DNA of 64,000 nucleotides from Eledone cirrhosa. Lineage: Eukaryota. Each line of letters begins with the position of its first letter. Within the stretch, counting starts at the first letter, position 1. The position numbers and the translations under genes are program-made. Below, in pieces: positions 27,348-38,172 of the stretch. The notes beneath the pieces were generated by a model, which ran no database searches, was not told the origin of the DNA, and saw only the letters and a list, made by a program, of their open reading frames with translations. The DNA lies in NCBI GenBank assembly GCA_964016885.1, contig OZ024741.1, positions 311,922,001 to 311,986,000 of the forward strand, in the 5' to 3' direction.

Positions 27348-27653
27348 TACACACGCGTACATTAACAGACAAAGAGACTTATACACACACACACACACAC
27401 ACACTTCTCCGTATAAGTCAAGAGCTGAAAAATATCTTTTAACATGTTAAAATATCCCCCACTCACTTACAGACACATTCCTACTGACCATCCCTCTACC
27501 ACGAATTACTCTGCTACACACACACACACCCACACATACACACTTCTCCGTATAAGACAAGAGCTGAAAAATATATTTTAACATGTTAAAATATCCCCCA
27601 CTCACTTACAGACACATTCTTACTGACCATCCCTCTACCACGAATTACTCTGC

Positions 27654-27690
<37 letters not shown>

Positions 27691-28051
27691 ACATACACTT
27701 GGTCTTAATAGGCATTTGAACTGTCAACAGGCTGCTGTTCGCACACACATCCCTGCTAACCATTATCACAACAATGAACACTTTACTACTACTACTACGC
27801 ACACACACACACACACACATATTTGTTGTGAAAGAGTCATTTCTCACTCTTGGCGCAAAATCAATTTTTTACATTTACATGACCTCTACCGACCAATCAA
27901 AATTGTTTTGACCACAAGAATTTTTGCAACACGAATTGGCGCAAAAACCAATTTTAATAGCGCTCGAGCCACTTTTTTAATATAAAAAACAGGTAGAATT
28001 CCCAAAACTAATCAGATCAGAGCTAACATTACGGACGCTCTATCTCAAAAT

Positions 28052-28092
28052 TATGTTTGAAAAGCATTTAGAAATGCGCAGCCGGTAAAAAC
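28052..28092 (+). ncRNA. Variant hammerhead motif (U3:A8, A13C); copies at 24654-24693 (-) and 59252-59290 (-)
   Basis: TTGAAAA-GCAT ttagaa ATGC-GCA(A/G)-CCGG-TA^AAAA. Confidence 0.55.
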
Positions 28093-28419
28093 TTAAAACC
28101 AAAACTGAATACTAACCAATACAATTACTAATTCTCATTTATTCCTAATTAAACTATTTTTCACTGTGAACAATTTGTCAGCATTTTCTATTCCGTTTAC
28201 CAATATATAATAACTTGTGTGTTACACCTCTATTCAGTTAACTATATATATATATATATATACATATATAAAGTAACTGCTGCGTGTGTTTCTTATTGGC
28301 AACATGACCCTCCCAACGTATAACAATATCGGTTTCAACACACGTTTTCAGTTAAAAATCTTGCTAAACAAATTCAGAAACGATACATATATGTATATAT
28401 ATATATATATATATATAGT

Positions 28420-29385
28420 GAAAAATTGAACAGGAACAAAACAGAGAGGCAGTACGAACAAAGGTTTATTAATTTCACGCTCTTGAGAGTGGGGTGGTGG
28501 TGGGGAACGACGTTTCGGGCATAAGCCCTTCTTCAGGTGAAAAGTGTGTGGGAAGAGAGTTCAAAGGGTGTGTAGGTGAGTGGTGGATAGACATATAGCA
28601 AAAAGGGGGTGAGAGGAAACGGTGTAAATAAAATAAAAAATAAAGGCATTATCAAAATAAAATTAAAATGGGGTAAAACAGGTGGTGGAAGGGTGTGGGG
28701 CGTGTAGGGGTGGTGGCGGATGGAGTGGGGAGAGGGAGACGGGGTGACCAAGCGGGGAGGGCTGAAGGTGGTGTGTGTGTGTAGGTGTACGTGTGTGTGT
28801 GTGTATGTGAAAGCAAGGGTTGGGGGAAGAACGGGGTTGCATGTTCAGGAAGAGGTGTGTGTGGGGTGGGGTGTAGGTCGGAGTGTGTGTGCGTATGTGG
28901 ATAGAGGGGTGGGGCGAGAGGATTCCGGAGGCTGAATGTGTAAATATGTTGTGGTACGCATGTGTGTGGTGTTTATGCGTGTTGTGGATGTAGGTGGCGT
29001 GTGGGAAAAAAAATGTTGTGTGTGTGTCTGGGGTGAGTCTTAAAGATAATTCCGTAAAAAGATGTGGTGGAATGCTGAGTAAAATCCTGGGATGCGGTAG
29101 ATTCTCGGGATCAAGGTTCACATATGTGTAATCCGTGAAGAGATTGGTCGGAAGAGGGGAGATGTAGGGTGCGCGCGCAACAGGAAGTGGTCAGAGGGTC
29201 AAGGCAGGAGGAGGGTTGTGTGTCTGTGTGTGCGGGGAGGTGGTCAGAGGCATAGCCGCAGTAGGGTAGAATGGTAAGTGAAGGTGTGTCAGTGTGTGCG
29301 GAGGTGCGGTGGACAGGGGAGAGGATGGGTAGGTGTGAAAGTTGGAGTGAGGAGGGGGGTGTATTAGTAGAGGTGTTAGTGGGAT
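28420..29385 (-). mobile_element. PLE 3' fragment with hammerhead at 28505-28540
   Basis: Minus strand CTGAAGA-A-GGGC ttat GCCC-GAAA-CG-TC, then AATAAA about 35 nt downstream; possible decayed GIY-YIG tail near 29040-29200. Confidence 0.7.
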
Positions 29386-29389
29386 ATAC

Positions 29390-29444
<55 letters not shown>

Positions 29445-29639
29445 TATATATATATATATATCGTTTCTGAAATTGTTTAGCAAGATTTTTAACTGAAAAC
29501 GTGTGTTGAAACCGATATTGATATACTTTGGGAGGGTCATGTTGCCAATAAGAAACACACGCAGCAGTACCTTTCACTCCAATTTATTATGAATTAAATT
29601 TATAAATTTCCGGTTGGTTGGTTCCACAACCGGACGGTT

Positions 29640-30480
29640 GTTCATATATTGTCAAAGTTCTTTCGTCACACATTATGTGACCTCTTCAGTAACTGGGGAT
29701 TCTTCTCTTTGTTTTGTGCCTCTCCTTTGTTCTGTCCTACGCCATCTTGTTTTTGTGAGTGTTGTGTGTTAAGTTTGCGCATGTGTTACATCCGGGTGTC
29801 TGTGTGTGTTTTTACTTGATTATTTATTTGTTTATTTACATGTTACTGGCTGGTTGTTTGTTCTATGTGTGTGTGTGTTTTCATGTTGTTCTTAATTGTA
29901 AGTTGTGATGTTGCTATTCCATTCATGTTTTCTATTCAATTTTGGTTGGAGTTCATTTATGTTTATTGCCTCTGTGATTTGTCTAAACATTGCGTCTTTT
30001 CTGTGTGTAGATTTTATTTTTATTTCTATGTTCTCTAATTTGTCCTTATGTTCTATTTTAACATGTTGGTGGAGTACTGATGAATCTTTTCTATCTTGAA
30101 GCTCTCGCCAGTGTTCATTTAATCGTTCTCCTATACTACGAACTGTCTCACCTATGTACACTATATTCTTATCTTTACATTGTCCTTCAGTACATCTTAT
30201 GCTATATACTATGTTTCTAGTTTTACAGTTAATATGGTGTCTTAGTCTACAGATTAGTAATACATACCCTTTTCAAAGATCCCCCTGTATAGATAAGAAA
30301 TGCATAATCTGTAAACTAAGCCCCCATATTAACTGTAAATCTAGAAACATAGTATATAGCATAAGATGTACTGACGGACAATGTAAAGATAAGAATATAG
30401 TGTACATAGGTAAGACAGCTCGTAGTATAGGAGAACGATTAAATGAACACTGGCGAGAGCTTCAAGATAGAAAAGATTCA
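29640..30480 (-). mobile_element. PLE GIY-YIG 3' fragment (related to 208-1611) with a 175-bp fold-back (30081-30255 / 30306-30480)
   Basis: NCKTRNIVYSIRC...YIGETVRSIGERLNEH on the minus strand and a near-identical copy on the plus strand. Confidence 0.85.
29651..29693 (-). ncRNA. Hammerhead motif downstream of the GIY-YIG fragment
   Basis: GTTA-CTGAAGA-g-GTCACA taatg TGTGAC-GAAA-gaac-TT^TGAC. Confidence 0.75.
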
Positions 30481-30904
30481 ATATGCATAACGGAGTTTAA
30501 TAAACCTGAATCAACTGAATATAACCTCCGATCTTTTATTAATATATATATGATAGCTGCAACTCGATTTAGAATAAAGCCATCGCTTGATACTAAAGCA
30601 TGTGCATCACGGACATGGATTTTCAATTATACTAGGGACTTGCCTATCGCCAGCAATACCATGCAACACAAAAAATGGCACTTAACAAGCGACGCCTGTG
30701 CTTGAAGCTATTTTAAGCGACGAAAGGCTTTGCACGGAGCCAATCCAACTCTCTGAACTTCGAATGCATTTGACCAAAACGTAGAACTGTTCTACATCAT
30801 TCGCAGGGTTTATATCAGAGTGACCTTCTCCCAGGGAGATGTCTTAATGAAGACTAGGAGTCTCTCGATCTCTTATATATATATAGAGAGAGAGAAAGAG
30901 AGAA

Positions 30905-31103
30905 CGAAGGAAGTGCAGTAAGTAACCATGTGGACCATAACGCACCCGAGTACTCAATACTTTGGGTAGTAGAGTGTGTAATAGGAAAAGGTTCAGGACC
31001 CCGACGGCATTGCTCAAGCTGTTTCGACGGCTATTTCAAGTATTGCAGAAATAGCCGTCGAAACGGCTTGAGCCCTGCCGTCGTGGTCCTGAACCTTTTC
31101 CTA
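30905..31103. repeat. Asymmetric hairpin element (55-bp arms, 30981-31103) next to (TA)n; homolog at 58888-59108
   Basis: taggaaaagg...tttcgacggctatttc / gaaatagccgtcgaaa...ccttttccta plus a shared ~75-bp tail. Confidence 0.8.
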
Positions 31104-31106
31104 ATG

Positions 31107-31139
<33 letters not shown>

Positions 31140-31145
<6 letters not shown>

Positions 31146-33050
31146 AATGAGTTAAGAATAATATGGATAGGCTGGACAATAGTGTTTTTTCGAAGAATTA
31201 ACAAACGTATCATTAGTCCGGTGTGTCTAAAAACCGCTAATCGAAGTATGCCACCGCACCCGATTTCAATTACAATTGACACGAGACCAAATTTTCAAAA
31301 TACTGATTCTATATGTATTATAGAGTGCGCTAGTGTTTATAGATACATCAAAAATAACAAGAATAATGATAAGGAAAGTATAGTGAAGAGGATAATATGA
31401 GGATAAAGGCATGAAAACAGTAATAATAATTGCTTCAACTTTTGGCACAAGGCCAGCGTGGTGTGAAAAGATAATATAAGGAAAATGATATAAAAGTACA
31501 AAAAACAACAGAGATAGTAACAAAATAAAAAATAATAAAAAATACCGGTAGAGTTGAAAGTATAGATGGATAGTGACGGTACAAAGTAACTGGACAGTGT
31601 AATAAAATGGGATGAGATGAAACGAAAGGATACAGATAACAGTGTATAAAGTGGGATAAGATGAAATAAAAAGATAAAACAAAAAATATAAAACAAAGAG
31701 ATAATGATAAAAGATGTGTAATTAGGATTGGGGGTATTTTGAAAAGTGTAATCTTAATGGGTAGAGGTGAAGATTGATGGTGATGTTGACTATGAAGGGT
31801 GATTGATGCTGTATGTGAGGGAAGGGATTTGAAGGGAAGTGTCTTTAAAGAAAAAAATATTTAATCACCGTGGAAGTGCCGGTTAATCTTGCTTTCTATT
31901 AGTTGTTGGTGTAACTTTTGAAGTGTTAAAGAAAGCTTGTGCTCGTACATGATTAACCGTTAACTGTGGAAAGAAGTGGTTAATGTGGTTCGTTGGCGCC
32001 AATTTTGCAGACACTATAAAACCAGGAAGTGTATTGTTTACATGGATAATGAGGTTGCTGGATCGATCTTGTTTATCTTGGTTTGTAATTCTAAAATTTA
32101 CTAGCGGCTTTGTGCCTACAGAAAATTGTCCGCTCGATTTTGTTGTTTAGTAGCTTCTTATTATACTGTAGAATATAGAGTAATTCCATATTCCTTAATC
32201 CGCATTGGGACATCACGTTTGTGTAGGCTTTTGCATTCGATAATATCAACCAGCTAATTTTATATCCTTGATTATTGTCCTTAAGCTGCCAGAATTTATT
32301 ACCCAGCGTCGTTGGGTTACTGTGCCTCCGGACTTTTATAGAGTGCTGATACAGACCATCGTTTTTAGTAGTCACCAGCCGTAGAACTTATGCAATACCA
32401 CATATTGTTGCCACACTAAATAGTGCACAGATATACTATAAATTAAACTTAATTCCACTTCTCGTGTTCATGAGGTCGAGTTCAAAAGCCTCAAGCTGGG
32501 GGTTACTTGGTGGCTTTTTGCGAGATTTAAATCCGTATTTCTCTTTAGTGTTTCCCTCAGAATCAATTGTGTATCCTTTGTCGTAATGATATCCTTTCCA
32601 TCGGATTCGATGGTTAAAATCACTGGTGCGCTGTATCACACCGAGTGTATAATCCCTGTTTGGAGGTATAGGCAACATTCTAGTGACATGCCTATGTTGT
32701 GCTTTTCCACGTTAATGCCTGGTGTTAAAATTCTTACTCAACTTGGTTGGAGCTAATCATATAAGGTAACGAGGTATCGTTTAAGGTAATCCAAGTAGAG
32801 GTTATGAGTACTCCTTTATCAGGGATAGTTTAACGTTCGGCGTTGTTTCACTTAGCAAGACATTTACTTAGTTGTGGTGTTCGGGTGGCATATTCAAGAC
32901 ATTTCCTAGGGAAGCGATTCCTGGAGTATTAATAATAAATGAGTGAAGAATAACATAGATCTGCTGTACGATAGGGGTTATTCGAAGTATTAACAATGTT
33001 ACATTAGTCCGGTGTGTCTAAAAACCGGTATTCGTAGTATGGTAGAGAGG
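31140..33050 (-). mobile_element. Internally deleted Hydra-like PLE (N-terminus fused to GIY-YIG, RT missing) between ~110-bp direct repeats
   Basis: PIPP..DY...RIRWKGYHY..EKYGFKS..PP..LEAFELDL..IKF (32436-32678) abuts YLCTI...STAG...PTTLGNKFWQLK...CRHK (32091-32435); repeats at 31140-31250 and 32933-33041. Confidence 0.75.
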
Positions 33051-33079
33051 CGCACTGTAAGTGCGAAAAGATACGTTTT

Positions 33080-33332
33080 CCCCGGGTTCAATCGGGGGAA
33101 ACCACAGTAAATAAGGTAGTGAATACATAGTAAAGTATAAATATTTAATATAGAAATGGCTTCTACAGTACTTGAACAATTTCATTCGGGAGAAATCAGC
33201 AGGAATCCTCTGATGATTTCTCCCCAATGAAACAGTTCAAATCCTGCAGAAGACATTCTATTTTAAATATTTATACGTTGCTATGTATTGACTACCTTAC
33301 TTACTCTCGCTACCCCCGATAGAACCCGGGCT
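33080..33332. mobile_element. ORF-less pLTR palindrome with two divergent hammerhead motifs at its centre
   Basis: Arms 33080-33204 / 33206-33330; plus strand CTGATGA-T-TT ctcccc AA-T-GAAA-cagttc (33210-33238) and minus strand CTGCTGA-T-TTC tccc GAA-T-GAAA. Confidence 0.75.
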
Positions 33333-33657
33333 AAACTTACATATATATATATTACATAATATATATATATATATATATATAGCTACTAGATTTTCCAACT
33401 TCAAACCACCATGATTTGAACCAGTAATCCCAAAATTAATACTGAACCACCTAGATTTTAGCATATAGAATAAACACTATCGCACCACGGCTATCAAACT
33501 GCCAACTGATCACTGGACCATAAAACACTGTACACTCCTTCCACCCTCTCTCCATCAACCTCATTAAGATAGAACAATCAACAAAACATCTACAACAAAC
33601 GTTTATCAAACCCCCTGTCATGACATAAGTATCATACATTAATCAATCTCTAATTTA

Positions 33658-33850
33658 GGGCGGTGGATTGACAGTATCGGTAGAGGATCGAACACCATGA
33701 TTTCCAGCATATTTAAGCCCCTTTACGGTCTGAGTTCAAATCCCGTCGAGGTTAACTTTGTCTTTCATCCTTACGGGGTCGATAAAATAAAGTACCAGTA
33801 ATGCACTGGGTATTTGCTGGCTTTGTGCCTAAAGTAGAAACAATTATTAC
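33658..33850 (+). mobile_element. tRNA-derived SINE
   Basis: Same family as 23184-23377. Confidence 0.85.
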
Positions 33851-34029
33851 TTTTTAATGTACCCTATTTTATATTTTACTTTTTTATATCTGTAACTTCT
33901 CTATCTATTTACCATACATGTTTTACTATTGATGTTATTGTTTTATTTAAACGTTATTTTATTATTGATGTTATTGTTTTGGTGTTACTCTAATTTTCTA
34001 TATACGTCTTGCATTCGAGTGAACTATTT

Positions 34030-34345
34030 TCATATCTACGTGCTCTGATGTGTTGACCTGTTGTAAATAATATATTGGAGATCGACTGACGCAACCACAA
34101 GCGATTAGCGAATTCTACACAAACCTGATAAATGAGACAATTGTCAGTACATTAAATAAAGCCCTTATTGTACAGCCAACCATGTTACTCTTCTTTCTTT
34201 AACTATTATTACTCCAAGTATAATCTGCATAGAAATTACCGCGGACTCGCTGCATAAATATGAAAACATCTTTTTGAGTCAAACAAAGCCGTACGTTAAA
34301 ACTATCCACGACGCGAAGTACTCTAACTGGATTACCTATAACGAC
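34030..34345 (+). mobile_element. Old solo pLTR related to PLE A, with a decayed long-stem-II hammerhead (34040-34150)
   Basis: GTGCT-CTGATGT...GAGA-CAATTG-TC^AGTAC; downstream sequence aligns with the reverse complement of 16860-17070. Confidence 0.65.
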
Positions 34346-34356
34346 AACTTGTTATC

Positions 34357-34417
<61 letters not shown>

Positions 34418-34602
34418 ATAAGGTATAATTTTAGGCTCAAAATGTCGACTTGTATATATAGGGCAACTATATATATATATAAGTTTATCTCGCCTTCAAT
34501 CGGGGGTTGCAACAGTAAGTAAGTTAGTCAATACATAGCAGAGTATAAATATTTAATATAGAAATGTCTTCTACAGGACTTGATTTGATTCATTTATATA
34601 TT

Positions 34603-34790
34603 GGATTGGCAGTAAAGGTAGAGGGTTGGATACCAGGCTTAGCAGCAAAGAGTTACGGCCCCTTATGGTATGAGTTCAAATCTCGCCGAGGTTAACTTTG
34701 CCTTTCATCCTTTCAGGGTCGACAAAATAGAGTACCAGTAATGTACTGGGTATTTTCTGGCCTTGTGACAAAAGTAGAAACAATTATTAT
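34603..34790 (+). mobile_element. tRNA-derived SINE
   Basis: Same family. Confidence 0.85.
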
Positions 34791-35086
34791 AATCTCTAAG
34801 TTAAACAGAAATAATTGTGATGGGCTGGTAGAGTTATGGTGTACAACAAGTGTTAGACAGCTAGTTTCACTGTTTAACCGTTAGTGGTAAAGGTTCCTAT
34901 TTCATATTCGGCAGACAAGTCGACCCCTGCTTTTGGATAGATATTTTAGTTAGATGTAAAATAGAAACCTTTACCACTGATTGTTAAACAGTGAAACTGG
35001 CTGGCTAACACTTGTTGTACACCACTTACCATAACTCTAGCAGCCCATCACAATTTCTGTTTAAGTCAGTTTAACGTAGAGATTAT
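34789..35086. repeat. Foldback/MITE-like element with ~120-bp imperfect arms
   Basis: gtacaacaagtgttagacagctagtttcactgtttaac versus gttaaacagtgaaactggctggctaacacttgttgtac. Confidence 0.8.
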
Positions 35087-35212
35087 AATAATATCAATGA
35101 CTTTCCGTAGCTTAGAGGGTAGGGTACCATAGGTTGGTTAAGTTTAAGCTAGAGTGATATCCTTAGTCAGTTAGAACTCACTTCCGACTGAAGTGTTAGA
35201 AGATGTGCCTTA

Positions 35213-35685
35213 GAATTATCTAAACTATCGGAAAACTTATGGTAATTTCCCCACGAAAAAGAATGTCCGAAAGTAAAAATGTATCGCCATTTAATGCTGA
35301 TAAACTAAGGATAAGGACATTTTAGGTTTTTAAAATTAACGCGTATCAAGTAATGGTGTGGTAGCAGGTTGTTTACTAATAAAACAGTTCAGTTAAATCA
35401 TTTTGTTAACTGTAAAGTCCATTTTACAAATAGTATTTACTTCATATGCACTTTTATTTTACAACTATTTAGTGTTTATTTCCATATTTTATATTTTGTG
35501 CAAATAAACAACGGCAAGCATATCTACGGCTGGGGAGATGGTAATGCCTTTTATGGGGGATGGGGGGTTATGGGTGGTGGGGGGTTCGTCTTATGCGCCG
35601 TATAGAGGCCTAAACCTGAATTAGACCTCATAATTTCAGGGGTCAACCTATGCGCCGGATAAACATGTAGCCGTCATATACGGTA
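35213..35685. mobile_element. Non-autonomous DNA-transposon fragment, possibly a pogo/Tigger-like right end; second copy at 53552-53998
   Basis: ~470-bp dispersed repeat ending ...atatacggTA, with subterminal (cgtct/caacc)tatgcgccg repeats. Confidence 0.55.
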
Positions 35686-35707
35686 TATATGCATAAATGT
35701 ATGTATG

Positions 35708-35749
<42 letters not shown>

Positions 35750-35871
35750 CTAAGAATAATGAGTTCTAAACTCAAGCAGTCCTTTACAATCTAGCTAACT
35801 TAGTCATTTACAATACAAACACTTATATGTTGGTATTTGTGTTTTATCATATATATTAATTTATATTAACT

Positions 35872-35919
<48 letters not shown>

Positions 35920-35942
35920 TGTATATACATACATATATATAC

Positions 35943-35997
<55 letters not shown>

Positions 35998-36054
35998 TAT
36001 ATACACACTAATAATAGTATTTTTACTTTTATATGAGTTATATATAATTATATA

Positions 36055-36239
36055 TGTTTCTACTTTAGGCACAAGGCCAGCAAATAACCAGTGTATTACT
36101 GGTACTTTATTTTATCGACCCCGTAAGGATGAAAGGCAAAGTAAACCTCGGCGGAATTTGAACTCAGATTGTAAAGGGACGTAACTATGCTGGAAAGCAT
36201 GGTGTCCGACTCGCTACCGATACTGCCAATCCACCGCCC
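36055..36239 (-). mobile_element. tRNA-derived SINE
   Basis: Same family. Confidence 0.85.
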
Positions 36240-36414
36240 TCATATATATATATAATTATATATATGGAAGGATAGCATGCTGCGCCACACAATTAGAAAA
36301 TTCAAATTTTTTTCTCTATCATAGCTTTATAGTGCAAAGCTATGTATAAAGTTTATACATATAATCTCTATGTGTATCTGTATTTTGGATATCTAGCGAC
36401 ATGCGGTTTGTTTA

Positions 36415-37065
36415 TCTATCTATATATATATTAATAAAAGTCTGTGATTTCTTGCTTGCTTGTCTGTAATACAATGCAGCCAAAAGGGCGAATAATTGGA
36501 AAATAATTTGAATAGAAGTTGAACCTGCAATGGAAATAGAAATGGAATAAAACAAGTTTCGCGTAAATCGGAAAACGGGTTCCCGAGATATGGGGGTTTT
36601 CCGGGTACCTTCCTAAACAAAGAGAGAGAAAGAGAGAGAGAAAGAGATAGTGGTTGTGACAGAGTAGATTCAAAGAAAGACATATAGAGAGGGAGAGGAG
36701 ACAGAAAAGGAGAATGGAAGAGAGATGGTGGTGTTGTTGTATATATATGTGTGTGTGTCTATGTATGTGTATATCTGTGTGTGTGTCTATGAGAAATGCA
36801 TATAGATCACATACATCCATATATATATATGCAGACATATACATATATATACATATATATATACATATATATATATATATGTATATATATACACATATAC
36901 ATACATATATATACGCACACGTATATGAATGGGCCTTCCAATAGCATTTTACATTATATACATGTCGGTGTATACTTTAGTTATCTAAAAATCATTTTTA
37001 AGTGAACGTGATTTTTCAAAAATTACTTGAAGCGTACGTGATCCAACGGCTCACGGGTGGTCTAG
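36415..37065 (+). mobile_element. Non-autonomous Helitron, copy 1
   Basis: 5' A|TCTATC..., 3' hairpin CGTGA...TCACG then CTAG. Confidence 0.75.
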
Positions 37066-37689
37066 TCTATCAATATAATAATAAAAGTCTGTGATTGCTT
37101 GTTTCCTTGTCTGTAATGCAATACAGCCAAAATGGCGCAGGGAAGATACTTTGAGATGAACTTGACCCTGAAATGGGAATATAAATGGAATAAAACAAGT
37201 TTCGCGTAAATCGAAGCATGCCTTCCCGAGGTATGGGATTTTTCCAGGTATCTTTATAAATAGCCAAAACGGTGCATGATGGAAAAATACTCCGAAAGTA
37301 ACATAACCCTGCAAACCTTCATAAAAAGCCAAAACGGTGCATAATGGGAAAATATTCCGATATTAAAATTACCCTGAAATGGGATTATAAACGGAATAAA
37401 ACATGTTTGGCGTAAATCGGTACACGGGTTCCTGAGATATGAGGGTTTTCCGGTTACCTTCATCAATAGATAGAGTGAAAGACAGAGAGAAAGAGATAGT
37501 GGTTGTAAGAGAGTAGATTGAAAGAGGGACATAGAGAGAGGGAGTGGAGACGGCGCAGGAGAATGAAGCAGGTGGCGTTGTTGTGCATATATATATGTGA
37601 GTGACTGTATATATACATCTATATGTGTGTGTTATATTTGTGTGTATGTCTATGACCTGTGTATATAGTTCACAGACACCCACATTTAT

Positions 37690-37736
<47 letters not shown>

Positions 37737-37745
37737 AATATATAT

Positions 37746-37824
<79 letters not shown>

Positions 37825-38012
37825 TACACAAACATTTATATACAAACATACACACACGTATATATATATATATATAGACCTTCCGGTTTAATTTTACATT
37901 ATATACATGTCGGTGTATATTCTAATTATTTAAAAATTATTTTTAAGTGAACAGGATTTAAAAAAAAAAATTTTGAAAGTGAATGTGACCCTATAGGCCA
38001 CCGGTGATCTGG
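37066..38012 (+). mobile_element. Non-autonomous Helitron, copy 2 (head-to-tail with copy 1)
   Basis: Starts TCTATC directly after CTAG; homologous body with an internal duplication; ends CTGG|T. Confidence 0.72.
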
Positions 38013-38172
38013 TGAATAATATTAATAAACAATTGAAAGTCTTCAGCTATGAATGGAGGCTGATGAGGAAGAGTCATCTAACGGATTCCAACAGAGGTAA
38101 GGGAGAATAAATCTCAACGATCATCGTTTATGACTCTGGTGGCTATTAAGACAGTGCTCCCTTATATGTATA

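Larger units (their letters stand above)
24540..28245 (+). mobile_element. Neptune-like PLE: inverted 5' pLTR (24540-25262), RT/GIY-YIG (about 25265-27075, one frameshift near 26600), 3' pLTR (about 27400-28245)
   Basis: FYGIPKVHK, LRPII, VTFDVVNLYSNI, GTAMG, KRYLDD, CDRPNCGIC linker, VIYILTC...YIGQT...H...H; terminal inverted homology; ~120-bp tandem unit in the pLTR. Confidence 0.92.

Noticed and set aside
30540-30870. Possible RLE-type non-LTR retrotransposon remnant (WIFNYTR...KW)
   Set aside because: The similarity is too faint to call without a search.
38060-38100. CTGATGAGGAA...TTCC hammerhead-like motif
   Set aside because: No GAAA after the stem and no stem I; not supportable.
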